Below are positions 43,439 through 53,618 of a stretch of DNA of 64,000 bases, in pieces. Numbering within the stretch: the stretch's first letter is position 1; each line of letters opens with the position of its first letter. The notes beneath the pieces are model-generated. The model was not told the origin of the DNA and did not search any database. It was given only the letters and a program-made list of their open reading frames with translations. The position numbers were made by a program, and so were the translations under genes. This DNA is from a virus: UHGV virus genome UHGV-1682877; one strand, written 5' to 3'.

Positions 43439-43648
43439 ATGACAAAAAAACAAATTAAAAAAATTGCATCTGAAATGACTGCATTAGAAAAAATCCATAA
43501 TGATGGAAACAGTAGTCAAGATCAAATTGCTAAAGCTGAAAAGCGTATTATGCAATTAACAGAAATGATTATGCGATTGCCGCACGGTCAAGGCTTTGAA
43601 GTTATGGCAGAAATTGATGAAATTATTCAAAAGAATTTGAAAAATTAA
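43439..43648 (+). CDS. hypothetical protein
   Basis: 69-aa ORF after promoter/leader. Confidence 0.5.
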   Translation: MTKKQIKKIASEMTALEKIHNDGNSSQDQIAKAEKRIMQLTEMIMRLPHGQGFEVMAEIDEIIQKNLKN

Positions 43649-43761
43649 AATTTTTTTGATATAATATATACATAAATTAAGTTAATAACTATGAAAGAAA
43701 TAATACTCATAGATTATTATATAAATTAAAAAAATATTTAAATAAAAGGAGATAATTAATT

Positions 43762-44028
43762 ATGGCAATGTCCGACAATTCTAAGAAGGTTTTTGAGTAT
43801 TTGAAGAATAACGCTGGTACTGATATGACGAGTGCTGATGTGGCTGGCGCACTGGGTTTGGAGAAGCGTCAGGTCGATGGTATTTTTACTTCCGCTATTC
43901 AGCGTAAGGGTTATGGTATTCGTGTTCCCGCTGAGGTTGAGCTACCTGATGGTACTCATAAGGCTATTAAACTGCTTCAGTTGACCGAGGAAGGTATGAA
44001 CTTTACCCCTGACGATATTGATGATTGA
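43762..44028 (+). CDS. hypothetical protein
   Basis: 88-aa ORF; AAAGGAGA SD; GC-enriched codons. Confidence 0.55.
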   Translation: MAMSDNSKKVFEYLKNNAGTDMTSADVAGALGLEKRQVDGIFTSAIQRKGYGIRVPAEVELPDGTHKAIKLLQLTEEGMNFTPDDIDD

Positions 44029-44038
44029 TAATTAATGT

Positions 44039-44064
44039 AAAAGGAGGACTTTTGTCCTCCTTTT
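44039..44064 (+). terminator. rho-independent terminator (ggaggac / gtcctcc + T-run)
   Basis: Read directly. Confidence 0.65.
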
Positions 44065-44090
44065 ATTTCTCTTAAAGAGGTGTAATAAAA

Positions 44091-44750
44091 TTGGGCAAAG
44101 TTATTATCCAATCCGCAACTACTAAGAATCCTCTTCATCTTATCGGCGTTGAAGCGGGAGTATGTTGGAACGCAAAAATCACAAATAAATATAATAATAT
44201 TAAAAGAGCTAAAGAATGTATTGAATCTGGGCATGGAAGAGTTATGGAATTTCCACAAGTTTATATGATCCTTGAAGGATATAGCGCAAAAACTTTGAGA
44301 GAATTTTATACTCATATTTCAGGTGGCCCCACACGACTACAAGCGTCAACTCGCTATATCAACTATGATTCTTTTTCTTTTGTTTCTCCTTCTTTTACTT
44401 CTAAAGAAATGAAACAAAAATATGAAGAAAGTATGCAATCAATTGCTCAGAATTATAAAGTATTAGTTGATATGGGGATGCCGATTGAAGATGCTAGTCT
44501 TTTGCTTCCTCTCGGTATGGAAACAAAAGTAGTAGTAAGAACTAATTTGCGGAATTTAGTTGATATGTCCCATCAAAGAATGTGTAAACGTGCCTATTGG
44601 GAATATCAAAATGTTATGCAGGATATAAAAAAAGCACTTGCTATTTACTCAGAAGAATGGAAATATTTGGTAGATCACTTATTTGTTCCCAAATGTCAAT
44701 ATTTCGGCAAATGTACCGAGAAGCATTCTTGCGGTAAATTGAAAAATTAA
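44091..44750 (+). CDS. ThyX-like flavin-dependent thymidylate synthase family protein, divergent motif
   Basis: C-terminal NLRNLVDMSHQRMCKRAYWEYQ resembles conserved ThyX C-terminal block; region aligning to RHR...S.RY reads THISGGPTRLQASTRY; TTG start. Confidence 0.45.
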   Translation: MGKVIIQSATTKNPLHLIGVEAGVCWNAKITNKYNNIKRAKECIESGHGRVMEFPQVYMILEGYSAKTLREFYTHISGGPTRLQASTRYINYDSFSFVSPSFTSKEMKQKYEESMQSIAQNYKVLVDMGMPIEDASLLLPLGMETKVVVRTNLRNLVDMSHQRMCKRAYWEYQNVMQDIKKALAIYSEEWKYLVDHLFVPKCQYFGKCTEKHSCGKLKN

Positions 44751-44844
44751 AAAAAATATTATACAATATTTATAGAAAATAAAAAGAAAAGCCTCTTTTC
44801 AGAAGTGGCAATAAAAAAAATAATTAAATCAAAAGGAGAAAATA

Positions 44845-45801
44845 ATGAGTAAGAAGTTTATTAATGCAGTACATTTGAATGGTTTTGTTCATAGTCACAA
44901 GCTTGAAAAGAAGGTTTCTGGCAGTGCTTCTAAGAATCCTGGTACTGAGTATATTCGTGGTGATGTTAATATTGCAACAGATAATAAGTGTCTGAATGTT
45001 GTTACTGTTCATTTTAGATATGTAACCGCGGTTACTGCTCGTGGTACTAATGATACTTATAATATTCTTGAGCGAATTTTGAATAATGATCTGGGTAATG
45101 TCATGGATAATGGCAAGGATAATGCGGCATATGTAAGAATTGATACTGCTATTGCTTTGAATGAATTTTATGATAAGAATGATATGGAAAAGCTGGTAAG
45201 TAATCGACGTCTTGAAGGTGGTTTTATTCATCTTGAGGTTTGCCCCGAAGAGGGAATTGATGAATCTAAGAGTGCAACTTTCAATGAAGATATTGTGATT
45301 AATAATTGTGTGCGTTATGAGGCAGATGATGAGAGAGGTAAGCCTGAGCGTGTTGTTATTAAGGGTGCAGTTTTTGATTTTCGTAAGGCATTGCTTCCTG
45401 TTGAATTTACTGCTGTAAATCCTGCGGCGATGGATTATTTTGAAGGGCTGGAAGCAAGTCCTAAGAATCCAGTTTTTACTCGTATTCAGGGTAAAATTAT
45501 TTCTCAGACTGTGGTAAAGAAGATCGAGGAAGAGTCTGCTTTTGGCGAAGCAATTGTGAAAGAAACTCCTCAGTCTTATAAGGATTATGTAGTTAATTGG
45601 GCGCAGCAGACTCCTTATGAGTGGGATAGTGAAGATACTATTCTTGCTTCTGAGCTTCAGGATTATGTTGCAGCACGAGAGATTGCTCTTGCAACCATTA
45701 AGAAGAATCAGCTCGATTATCAGAATAAAGCAAATAATAACGCTATTGGTGGCGGAACTGGGGTTACAGTTAATTCTAGTAAGAATGATTATGATTTTTA
45801 A
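44845..45801 (+). CDS. hypothetical protein (acidic aromatic C-terminal tail; possible ssDNA-binding protein)
   Basis: 318-aa ORF; AAAGGAGAA SD; C-terminal GGGTG...NDYDF; function is a guess from context. Confidence 0.6.
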   Translation: MSKKFINAVHLNGFVHSHKLEKKVSGSASKNPGTEYIRGDVNIATDNKCLNVVTVHFRYVTAVTARGTNDTYNILERILNNDLGNVMDNGKDNAAYVRIDTAIALNEFYDKNDMEKLVSNRRLEGGFIHLEVCPEEGIDESKSATFNEDIVINNCVRYEADDERGKPERVVIKGAVFDFRKALLPVEFTAVNPAAMDYFEGLEASPKNPVFTRIQGKIISQTVVKKIEEESAFGEAIVKETPQSYKDYVVNWAQQTPYEWDSEDTILASELQDYVAAREIALATIKKNQLDYQNKANNNAIGGGTGVTVNSSKNDYDF

Positions 45802-45811
45802 TTAAAATTTT

Positions 45812-45849
45812 ATATGAATGAGCTTTTTTAAAGCTCATTCATATTTTTC
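45812..45849 (+). terminator. rho-independent terminator (atgaatgagctt / aagctcattcat + T-run)
   Basis: Read directly. Confidence 0.7.
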
Positions 45850-45884
45850 TTTAAAATTATTTTATTTAAAAAGGAGATTATTTT

Positions 45885-46856
45885 ATGGGTTTGCTTGATA
45901 TTAAGCCGCATGAAGTTTCAAGAGATTTGCGGGGATACTCAGTTCTTTTCTATGGAGCACCTAAGAGTGGTAAGACGACAGTTGCTTCTAGATTTCCAGG
46001 CTCACTTTTGTTAGCTTTCGAGAAAGGTTATAATGCATTGCCTGGTGTTTACGCCCAGCCAATTAATTCTTGGGGTGAGTTTAAGAAAACTTTGCAGGAA
46101 TTGAAAAATCCTGAAGTACAAGAAAAGTTTTCAACTATTGTAATTGATACAGCAGATATTGCTTATAGTTATTGTGAGCGTTATATCTGTAGTCGTGAAG
46201 GTGTAGATACAATTGCTGATCTTGCATATGGTAAGGGTTATGCAATGGTTGGTAATGAATTTGATGAATCTATTAGAAAGATTTTACAGCTAAATTATGG
46301 TCTTGTCCTTATTTCTCATGCCACAGATAAAGTTTTTAAGGATGAATCGGGAGCAGAATTTAATCAGATTGTTCCTACTCTTGATAAAAGAGGCCGCTTG
46401 ATTTGTGAAAGAACTTGTGATATTATTGGTTATTCTACTGCTGTGAATACAGAAGATGGAGTTAAAACTCGTTTGTATATGAGAGGTACTCCTAGATTTG
46501 TTGCAGGTAGCCGATTTGCTTATATTCCTGATTACATTAATTTCAGTTATGATAATCTGGTAAATGCTATTGCTGAAGCTATTGATAAGCAGTCTCAGCA
46601 AACAAATGGTCAGTATATTACAGATAAACCTACACAGGTTGTTTCTAAGGATACTGAATATGATTTTGATGGTTTGATGAATGAGTTTCAGGATTTGGTT
46701 GGACAGTTGATGTCTAGTAATCAAACAAATGCAGTTAAGATTACCGCAATTACTGATAAGTATTTGGGTAAGGGTAAGAAAGTTGGCGAATGTACTCCTG
46801 ATCAGTCTGAGCAGTTGGATTTGATTGTACATGACTTGAAAGATTTAATGAATTAA
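45885..46856 (+). CDS. RecA-like ATPase (Sak4-like) recombination/replication protein
   Basis: Walker A YGAPKSGKTT near N-terminus; Walker B-like IVIDTAD. Confidence 0.65.
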   Translation: MGLLDIKPHEVSRDLRGYSVLFYGAPKSGKTTVASRFPGSLLLAFEKGYNALPGVYAQPINSWGEFKKTLQELKNPEVQEKFSTIVIDTADIAYSYCERYICSREGVDTIADLAYGKGYAMVGNEFDESIRKILQLNYGLVLISHATDKVFKDESGAEFNQIVPTLDKRGRLICERTCDIIGYSTAVNTEDGVKTRLYMRGTPRFVAGSRFAYIPDYINFSYDNLVNAIAEAIDKQSQQTNGQYITDKPTQVVSKDTEYDFDGLMNEFQDLVGQLMSSNQTNAVKITAITDKYLGKGKKVGECTPDQSEQLDLIVHDLKDLMN

Positions 46857-46873
46857 TTATAGCAATAATAACA

Positions 46874-46906
46874 AAAGTCAAGAGGATTATCCTCTTGACT
46901 TTTGTT
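46874..46906 (+). terminator. rho-independent terminator (aagtcaagagg / cctcttgactt + T-run)
   Basis: Read directly. Confidence 0.7.
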
Positions 46907-46936
46907 TAAATATATGTTATAATATTAAAAAAGGAA

Positions 46937-47476
46937 GTGATAAAAATTGCACATAAAGTAAAATGTTTTGTGTGCGGAAGTACATTTGACCGAGATAAAG
47001 AAGAATGTATACCAATTCCTAATAAAAGAAGATATGCACATAAGTTATGTTATGAAAGATATAGTCAAAATATTGCAGAAGAAGAAAAAAACCGGATTGC
47101 TTTAGAAGAATATATTAAACAACTTTTTAATTATGATATAATTCCTAAAGTAGTTTATAAACAAATTAAAGACTATGTAAATGAAAATCATTATACTTAT
47201 TCTGGTATTTTAAAAACTTTAAAATATCATTTTGAAGTAAAAGGTGGAGATTTAGGAAAGGCTCAAGGCAGAATTGGAATTGTCCCTTATCAGTATGAAA
47301 ATGCTAGAAATTATTATTATACAATTTGGGAAAATCAACAAAGAAATGAAAATAAAGAAATAGAAAATTTTATTCTGCCTACAGAAGAAATTCATATCAC
47401 TCCCCCTAAAACAAGAGAGCCAATGAGAAAAAGGAAAAGATTTTTTACTTTTTTGGAGGAAGATATGAATGAGTAA
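46937..47476 (+). CDS. hypothetical zinc-finger protein (start codon uncertain)
   Basis: 179-aa ORF; CFVCGS ... HKLC; GTG in track sits directly on the SD. Confidence 0.5.
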   Translation: MIKIAHKVKCFVCGSTFDRDKEECIPIPNKRRYAHKLCYERYSQNIAEEEKNRIALEEYIKQLFNYDIIPKVVYKQIKDYVNENHYTYSGILKTLKYHFEVKGGDLGKAQGRIGIVPYQYENARNYYYTIWENQQRNENKEIENFILPTEEIHITPPKTREPMRKRKRFFTFLEEDMNE

Positions 47477-48998
47477 ATATATAGATTTAACGGCAGTAGC
47501 CCAAGTTATTGGTTGTGTTTTTAATGATAATTCAATTTTAGATGCACCTGATGAATTTCCTATTTTTGAAGAAGATTTTACAGAAGAAGTTCACAAAATT
47601 ATTTTTGGGTCTATGTACAATATACATGAAGCAAAATCAGCAATTACTTTAGATACTATTGTTGATTATTTGGCAGTTAGACCCAAATATGAAGCTGTGT
47701 TCAAAGCAAATGGTGGTTTAGAGTATGTAACTAAAGCCGCAGAATTAGCCACTAGAGATACTTTCAAATATTATTATAGTCGATTAAAAAAATTTACTTT
47801 ATTAAGAGCTTATGATAAATTTGGAGTAGATGTTTCTTTTCTATATGATACTAATAATATTTTAGATTTAAAAAAGAAGCAAAAGCAAGAAGACTGGTTA
47901 GATTCTACTTCTCTTGTTGAAATAGCTGATATTATTGATAAACGAATTGATGATATTAAAGTTAAGTATATTGACAATAATGTAATTGGAGGATACCAAG
48001 CAGGAGAAGGAATTTTAGAATTAATTGAAAATTTTAAAAAGAATCCTGAAGTTGGTGCTCCACTTTATGGAAGACTGGTAAATACTGTTACTAGAGGCGC
48101 AAGACTTAGAAAATTGTATCTTAGATCTGCTGCTACGGGTGCAGGTAAAACTAGAGCTTTAATTGCAGATGCTTGTAATTTTGCTTGTAATAAAATTTAT
48201 GATACTAATTTTGGTATGTGGATTAAAAATGGAGCTTCTTTGCCAACTTTATTTATTGGTACTGAGCAAGATAAAGAAGAAATTCAAACTATGATGTTAG
48301 CTTTTCTTTCTGCGGTAAATGAAGACCATATTCTTAGAGGTGAATACAAAGCAGGAGAAGAAGAACGAGTTATTGAAGCAGGAAAAATTTTATCTGAATC
48401 ACCTATTTGGGTAGAATTATTGCCTGATTATTCTTTAATGGATGTAGAAAATACTGTTAAAAGAAATATTAGGGAACATGATATAGCTTATGTCTGTTTT
48501 GATTACATTCAAAGTACAATGAAAATTCTTGAAGAAGTCACAAGACGAAGTGGTGGAGTAAGATTAAGAGAAGATAATATTCTTTTTATGTTAAGTGTTA
48601 GACTTAAAGATATTTGTAATGAGTATGGCATTTTTCTTATTACTGCAACACAACTTTCAGGTGATTTCCGCAATACTGATACTCCTGACCAAAGTTTGTT
48701 AAGAGGTGCAAAAAGCTTAGCAGATAAGGTGGATATAGGTGAAATTATTTTGGATGTAACAGAAGAGGATTTAGAAACATTAAAACCAATCTTGTCTACA
48801 AATAATTTTCAAATTCCTGATAAAAAGATTTCAGTTTATAAAAACAGAAGAGGTTCTTATAAAGGAGTTTATTTATGGTGTGCTTCTGATTTAGGTATTT
48901 GTAGAATTCAGCCACAATTTGTTACAAAATGGAACTACGATTTAGTTCCTATTGAAGATATAAAAATTATTATGGAAGATGAACCTTCCGCATTTTAA
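47469..48998 (+). CDS. replicative DNA helicase (DnaB-like)
   Basis: Walker A SAATGAGKTRAL in C-terminal RecA-like domain; 509 aa. Confidence 0.75.
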   Translation: MSKYIDLTAVAQVIGCVFNDNSILDAPDEFPIFEEDFTEEVHKIIFGSMYNIHEAKSAITLDTIVDYLAVRPKYEAVFKANGGLEYVTKAAELATRDTFKYYYSRLKKFTLLRAYDKFGVDVSFLYDTNNILDLKKKQKQEDWLDSTSLVEIADIIDKRIDDIKVKYIDNNVIGGYQAGEGILELIENFKKNPEVGAPLYGRLVNTVTRGARLRKLYLRSAATGAGKTRALIADACNFACNKIYDTNFGMWIKNGASLPTLFIGTEQDKEEIQTMMLAFLSAVNEDHILRGEYKAGEEERVIEAGKILSESPIWVELLPDYSLMDVENTVKRNIREHDIAYVCFDYIQSTMKILEEVTRRSGGVRLREDNILFMLSVRLKDICNEYGIFLITATQLSGDFRNTDTPDQSLLRGAKSLADKVDIGEIILDVTEEDLETLKPILSTNNFQIPDKKISVYKNRRGSYKGVYLWCASDLGICRIQPQFVTKWNYDLVPIEDIKIIMEDEPSAF

Positions 48999-49012
48999 AA
49001 AGGAGAATATTA

Positions 49013-49219
49013 ATGACTATTTATTATGCTAACTCTCATATGCCCGCAGTGAAGAATGAAAAGAAAATTGATTATAAGATGCCTATATCTATGTTTGAGG
49101 GTTTATTGAAGACTCGCAATAAGGAAGAGAAGCGAATGAATCCTTATGAATATGTTACCAAAATTGTTAATAATGAATTTGGTCTGAGAGGTAAAGTTGT
49201 TAATGTAATTACATATTAA
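49013..49219 (+). CDS. hypothetical protein
   Basis: 68-aa ORF; AAAGGAGAA SD. Confidence 0.5.
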   Translation: MTIYYANSHMPAVKNEKKIDYKMPISMFEGLLKTRNKEEKRMNPYEYVTKIVNNEFGLRGKVVNVITY

Positions 49220-49221
49220 TT

Positions 49222-50319
49222 ATGGCCGGTTATTACAATAAAGATTCTCTAAAAGAACAGTTAGATTTAGAAAATATTTATGATTTAGTCGCAGAATTAG
49301 GAGGAGAGCCAGAATATGTAGAAACTGGACTTATTTCGCAGACTATTTGTCATAATTATCCAGGTGAAGGTTCCAGAAAATTATACTATTATCAAAATTC
49401 TCATTTGTTTAAATGTTTCACAGATTGTGATTCTACTTTTGACGTTTTTGAATTAGTAATTAAAGCTATGAAAATTCAAAAAGGTTATGAATGGGAATTA
49501 TATGATGCAATGGTTTATATTGCTAGTTATTTTGGTTTGGGAGAAGCGGAACGCCCAAACCAAAATAACAATTCTGAACAATGGGTAGTTTTTAAGAGAC
49601 ATGATTTTTCATTGCCTTCTTTAAAACAAAATCCAATTTTAAAAGAATATAATCCAAAAATTTTAAAGAATTTTTCTTATCCAAGAATTTTTGATTGGGA
49701 GCAAGAAGGAATTTCACATCAAATTAATTTAAAAAATTTAATTGGTTATTTTCCAGCAGGAGAACAAATAACAATTCCACATTTTGATATAAACAATAGA
49801 TTAATTGGAATTAGAGGTAGAGCTTTAATTCAAGAAAATGCAGAGAGATTTGGTAAATATAGACCTCTGCAAATTAATAATATTATATATAGTCATCCTT
49901 TAAGTATGAATTTATATAATTTAAACAATAGTAAAGAAAATATTAAAGCTAGTAAGACCGCAATTATTTTTGAATCTGAAAAAAGCACTCTTCAATTACA
50001 AACTTTTTATGGCTTTGAAAATAATATTTCAGTAGCATGTTGTGGTAGTAATATTTCAAGCTACCAAATATATTTATTAGAAAAATTAGGGGTAAAGGAA
50101 ATTATCATTGCTTTTGATAGACAGTTTAAAGAAATAGGTGATAGTGAATTTCAAAGATTAAAGAATAAATTAATTAATTTAAATAGAAAATATGGAAATT
50201 TAATTCAGATAACAGCAATTTTTGATAAAAATATGATTACTCCTTATAAATCTAGTCCAAGTGATATGGGGAGGGACATATTTGAAAAATTATTATCTGA
50301 AAGAATTATTCCAAAATAA
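49222..50319 (+). CDS. DNA primase (DnaG-like, zinc-binding + TOPRIM)
   Basis: CHNYPGEG...HLFKCFTDC zinc-binding module; downstream acidic TOPRIM-like residues. Confidence 0.65.
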   Translation: MAGYYNKDSLKEQLDLENIYDLVAELGGEPEYVETGLISQTICHNYPGEGSRKLYYYQNSHLFKCFTDCDSTFDVFELVIKAMKIQKGYEWELYDAMVYIASYFGLGEAERPNQNNNSEQWVVFKRHDFSLPSLKQNPILKEYNPKILKNFSYPRIFDWEQEGISHQINLKNLIGYFPAGEQITIPHFDINNRLIGIRGRALIQENAERFGKYRPLQINNIIYSHPLSMNLYNLNNSKENIKASKTAIIFESEKSTLQLQTFYGFENNISVACCGSNISSYQIYLLEKLGVKEIIIAFDRQFKEIGDSEFQRLKNKLINLNRKYGNLIQITAIFDKNMITPYKSSPSDMGRDIFEKLLSERIIPK

Positions 50320-50356
50320 AGTAGTGGTGATCTCCGCATGAAAGGAGATTAATACT

Positions 50357-52093
50357 ATGAACTATAAATTAATTAATCCTATTGATTCAAATAAATCAAT
50401 AGTGGAACAAATTTTAAATAACAGGGGGATTCAAGATATACAAACTTATTTGAATCCAAATGATTCTGTTATTTATAATCCAAATTTAATAAATAATATG
50501 CAGCAAGGAGTAGAAATGCTTTTTCGTCACTTAGGAAAAGATTTAATTTATTTAATTGTAGATGATGATGATGATGGATTTACTTCTGCTGCTATTTTTT
50601 TAAATTATTTATATAAAATTGTTCCATCAATAGTAGAAGCAAATATTATTTATGATTTTCACCCGCATAAAGCTCATGGAATTTGGTTAGACCAAATTCC
50701 GCAAGAAACTAAATTGGTTATAGCTTTAGATTCTAGCAGTAATGAGTATGATATACATGAGCAATTATTCAATGAAGGAATTGATGTTTTAGTAATCGAC
50801 CACCATAAAGCAGATAAAGTTAGTCCTTTTGCTTGTGTAATAAATAATCAACTTTGCGATTATCCAACTAAATCATTATCCGGCGCAGGTATGGTATATA
50901 AATTTTGTAAGTATATTGATAATTTACTTAACTTAGATTACGCAGATAATTTTCTTGATTTAGTGTCTCTTGGTTTGACAGGAGACGTTATGAGTTTAAG
51001 AGATTTAGAAACATCTTATTTAACTAGAAAAGGATTAGAAAATATTCAAAATCCTTTTATGCGAGAGATGGTAGAAAAAAATAGTTATCAATTAGGTACT
51101 GATATTACATCCATAGGAGTTGCTTTTTATATTGTACCTTATATTAATGCAGTTGCTAGATTGGGGACAAAAGAAGAAAAGAAAATATTATTTGAAGCAA
51201 TGCTTAATTGGAAAGCTTTAAATCAAATTCCTTCTACTAAACGAGGATGCAAAGGACAAATGGAAGCAATTGTTACTCAAGCAGTTAGAATGAGTAATAA
51301 TATTAAAAATCATCAAAATAAAATTAGAGATGAAAACATTGAGATTATTAGTAATCAAATTGAAGAAAAAGATTTATTAAAAAATAAAATTTTAATAATT
51401 CAATCAACTCCAGAAGAGCCAATTAATAGATCTATTTCTGGATTAATTGCAAATCGACTGGTTTCAGAATACCAGCGTCCTGTTATTATTTTAAATGAAT
51501 ATAATATAGACAATAAAATAACTTGGGAAGGTTCAGCAAGAGGGTATGAAAAATCTCAATTAAAAGATTTACAAACCTTTGAACAAAAATCTAATTTAAT
51601 TAATTGGGCGCAAGGACATGCTAATGCTCATGGTTTATCTATTTCAGATGAAAATTTATCGAAATTTATAGATTATTGCAATCAAGAATTAAAAAATGTG
51701 GAATTTACTCCTGATTATAGAGTAGATTTTATATGGCAATATTCTGATATTTTGGCTAAAAATATTTTAGACATTGGTAATTTAAAACATCTTTGGGGAA
51801 AAGATGTAGAAGAAGCTTTAATAGTTATAAAAGGAATTCGAGTAACTGCTAACAATCTTCATCTTATGGCAAAAGATAGAAATCCTACATTAAAAATTGA
51901 TTTAAAAGATAATATAAAAGCAATTAAGTTTAAATCAGGAGAAGAAGAATATAATAACTTATATACTGAACAAGGTTGCGTAGTTATTGATATTCTTTGT
52001 AAGTGTGAGATAAATGAATATTGCGGAAACATTAATCCGCAATTAATTATTCAAGATTATGAAATTGTATCTCGCCAGGATTATTTCTTTTGA
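50357..52093 (+). CDS. DHH-family phosphoesterase (RecJ-like exonuclease candidate)
   Basis: DHH motifs in order: LIVDDDDDG, VLVIDHHK, SLSGAGMVYK. Confidence 0.65.
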   Translation: MNYKLINPIDSNKSIVEQILNNRGIQDIQTYLNPNDSVIYNPNLINNMQQGVEMLFRHLGKDLIYLIVDDDDDGFTSAAIFLNYLYKIVPSIVEANIIYDFHPHKAHGIWLDQIPQETKLVIALDSSSNEYDIHEQLFNEGIDVLVIDHHKADKVSPFACVINNQLCDYPTKSLSGAGMVYKFCKYIDNLLNLDYADNFLDLVSLGLTGDVMSLRDLETSYLTRKGLENIQNPFMREMVEKNSYQLGTDITSIGVAFYIVPYINAVARLGTKEEKKILFEAMLNWKALNQIPSTKRGCKGQMEAIVTQAVRMSNNIKNHQNKIRDENIEIISNQIEEKDLLKNKILIIQSTPEEPINRSISGLIANRLVSEYQRPVIILNEYNIDNKITWEGSARGYEKSQLKDLQTFEQKSNLINWAQGHANAHGLSISDENLSKFIDYCNQELKNVEFTPDYRVDFIWQYSDILAKNILDIGNLKHLWGKDVEEALIVIKGIRVTANNLHLMAKDRNPTLKIDLKDNIKAIKFKSGEEEYNNLYTEQGCVVIDILCKCEINEYCGNINPQLIIQDYEIVSRQDYFF

Positions 52094-52118
52094 TTTTTGA
52101 AAGTTTTAGCTGGAAGCT

Positions 52119-52163
52119 CATCGGCGCGGAGACGATGAATTAAAATGGAGTTTAGTAATTTTT
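52119..52163 (+). promoter_or_regulatory. conserved GC-rich 45-nt motif, copy C (catcggcgcggagacgatgaattaaaatggagtttagtaattttt)
   Basis: Near-identical to copies at 10281 and 17754. Confidence 0.6.
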
Positions 52164-52187
52164 AGAATAAATAGGAGAAAAATTAAA

Positions 52188-52424
52188 ATGGATGATATTT
52201 ATAAGTTGCAGGAAGTTTTTGAAGAAAAAGATATGAAAATTAAAGAATATGTTTTTGACAGTTTGTGTTTAAGATACAAATACGCAAGAATGATGTTAGC
52301 TATTTATGAAGTTAAAAATGGCCAGGAATTTGAAACACGAATGAATTTAGCGAGAAGAGATTGTTTACGTTTCTTTGATATTCTTAGAGAAAACCTTTTG
52401 GAGGATAAAAATGACTCTAACTGA
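52188..52424 (+). CDS. hypothetical protein
   Basis: 78-aa ORF; AATAGGAGAAAA SD. Confidence 0.5.
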   Translation: MDDIYKLQEVFEEKDMKIKEYVFDSLCLRYKYARMMLAIYEVKNGQEFETRMNLARRDCLRFFDILRENLLEDKNDSN

Positions 52425-53580
52425 TAAACAATACCAAGGATTGCAGATTGCAGTACAAAGATATAGATCTAAAGAACCATATACTGTAGTTTCGGGATAC
52501 GCTGGAACTGGCAAAAGCACGTTAGTAGGTTTTATTATTGATGCTCTAAATTTAGACAAAGAAAATGATGTAGCTTTTATTGCTTATACAGGTAAAGCTG
52601 CTAAAGTTTTAAAATCAAAAGGTAATAAAAACGCAATGACTGCTCATAAATTACTTTATAAAGCTGTAAAAAATCCTAATGGAACATATAGATTTTATCC
52701 TAAAATGACTATTGATGATTATAAACTTATTGTGGTGGATGAAGTTTCCATGTTACCTAAAAAAATGTGGGAACTTCTTCTTTCCCATCATATTCCTGTT
52801 CTAGCAACTGGTGATCCCGGCCAGTTGCCTGCTTTAACAGAAGGAACAGATATTCTAAATAATCCACATGTTTTTCTTGATGAAATTATGCGGCAGGCGC
52901 AAGAAAGTGAAATTATTAGGTTAAGCATGGATATTAGAAATGGCAAACTTATTAAACCTTTTAAAGGAAAAGAGGTAAATGTAGTTTGTGCTTCTGATTT
53001 AAATCAAGGTATGCTAGCTTGGGCAGATCAGATTATTTGTGCTAAAAATGATACTAGATATTACTTAAATGATGTTTGCCGCAAATTATTCTGGGGTGTT
53101 GATTCAGGTGCTCTTCCTGTTGTTGGAGATAAAATTATTTGTCTGCATAATGATTGGAAAAAATTAAATTCTTTGGAAGACCCACTTATTAATGGTGCAA
53201 TTGGAACTATCAAAAATTATAAAGTTTTATATGATAAAAATTTAAAAGATAATATTCTTAAATTAGATTTTATGCCAGAAGAATACGATGATGAAAATCT
53301 TTTAGGATTATTTTCTATGAATAATGTAGATTATAATCAATTAGTAAATCATACGCCAAGTGTTACTCAAGATAATTATTATCTTTTACCTAAAAATTAC
53401 AAACTTCAAAGTTTTGATTATGGTTATGCAATTACTTGTTGGAAAGCGCAAGGCAACGAATATCAAAAGGTATTAGGTATTGAAGAAAACTTTCCTTTTA
53501 AACAAGAAGAACATAAAAGATATTTATATACTTTAGTGACTCGTGCATCTGAAAAACTTACTCTTGTTTTAAAAAATTAA
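52411..53580 (+). CDS. SF1 DNA helicase (Dda/RecD-like)
   Basis: Walker A SGYAGTGKST, Walker B LIVVDEVSM; internal ATG 52411 after GGAGGA SD. Confidence 0.7.
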   Translation: MTLTDKQYQGLQIAVQRYRSKEPYTVVSGYAGTGKSTLVGFIIDALNLDKENDVAFIAYTGKAAKVLKSKGNKNAMTAHKLLYKAVKNPNGTYRFYPKMTIDDYKLIVVDEVSMLPKKMWELLLSHHIPVLATGDPGQLPALTEGTDILNNPHVFLDEIMRQAQESEIIRLSMDIRNGKLIKPFKGKEVNVVCASDLNQGMLAWADQIICAKNDTRYYLNDVCRKLFWGVDSGALPVVGDKIICLHNDWKKLNSLEDPLINGAIGTIKNYKVLYDKNLKDNILKLDFMPEEYDDENLLGLFSMNNVDYNQLVNHTPSVTQDNYYLLPKNYKLQSFDYGYAITCWKAQGNEYQKVLGIEENFPFKQEEHKRYLYTLVTRASEKLTLVLKN

Positions 53581-53610
53581 AAAAATATGTTATAATATAA
53601 TAAGAAAGGT
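53570..53610 (+). promoter_or_regulatory. sigma70-like promoter (extended -10 TGTTATAAT 53588-53596)
   Basis: Family consensus. Confidence 0.5.
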
Positions 53611-53618
53611 GTGATAAT

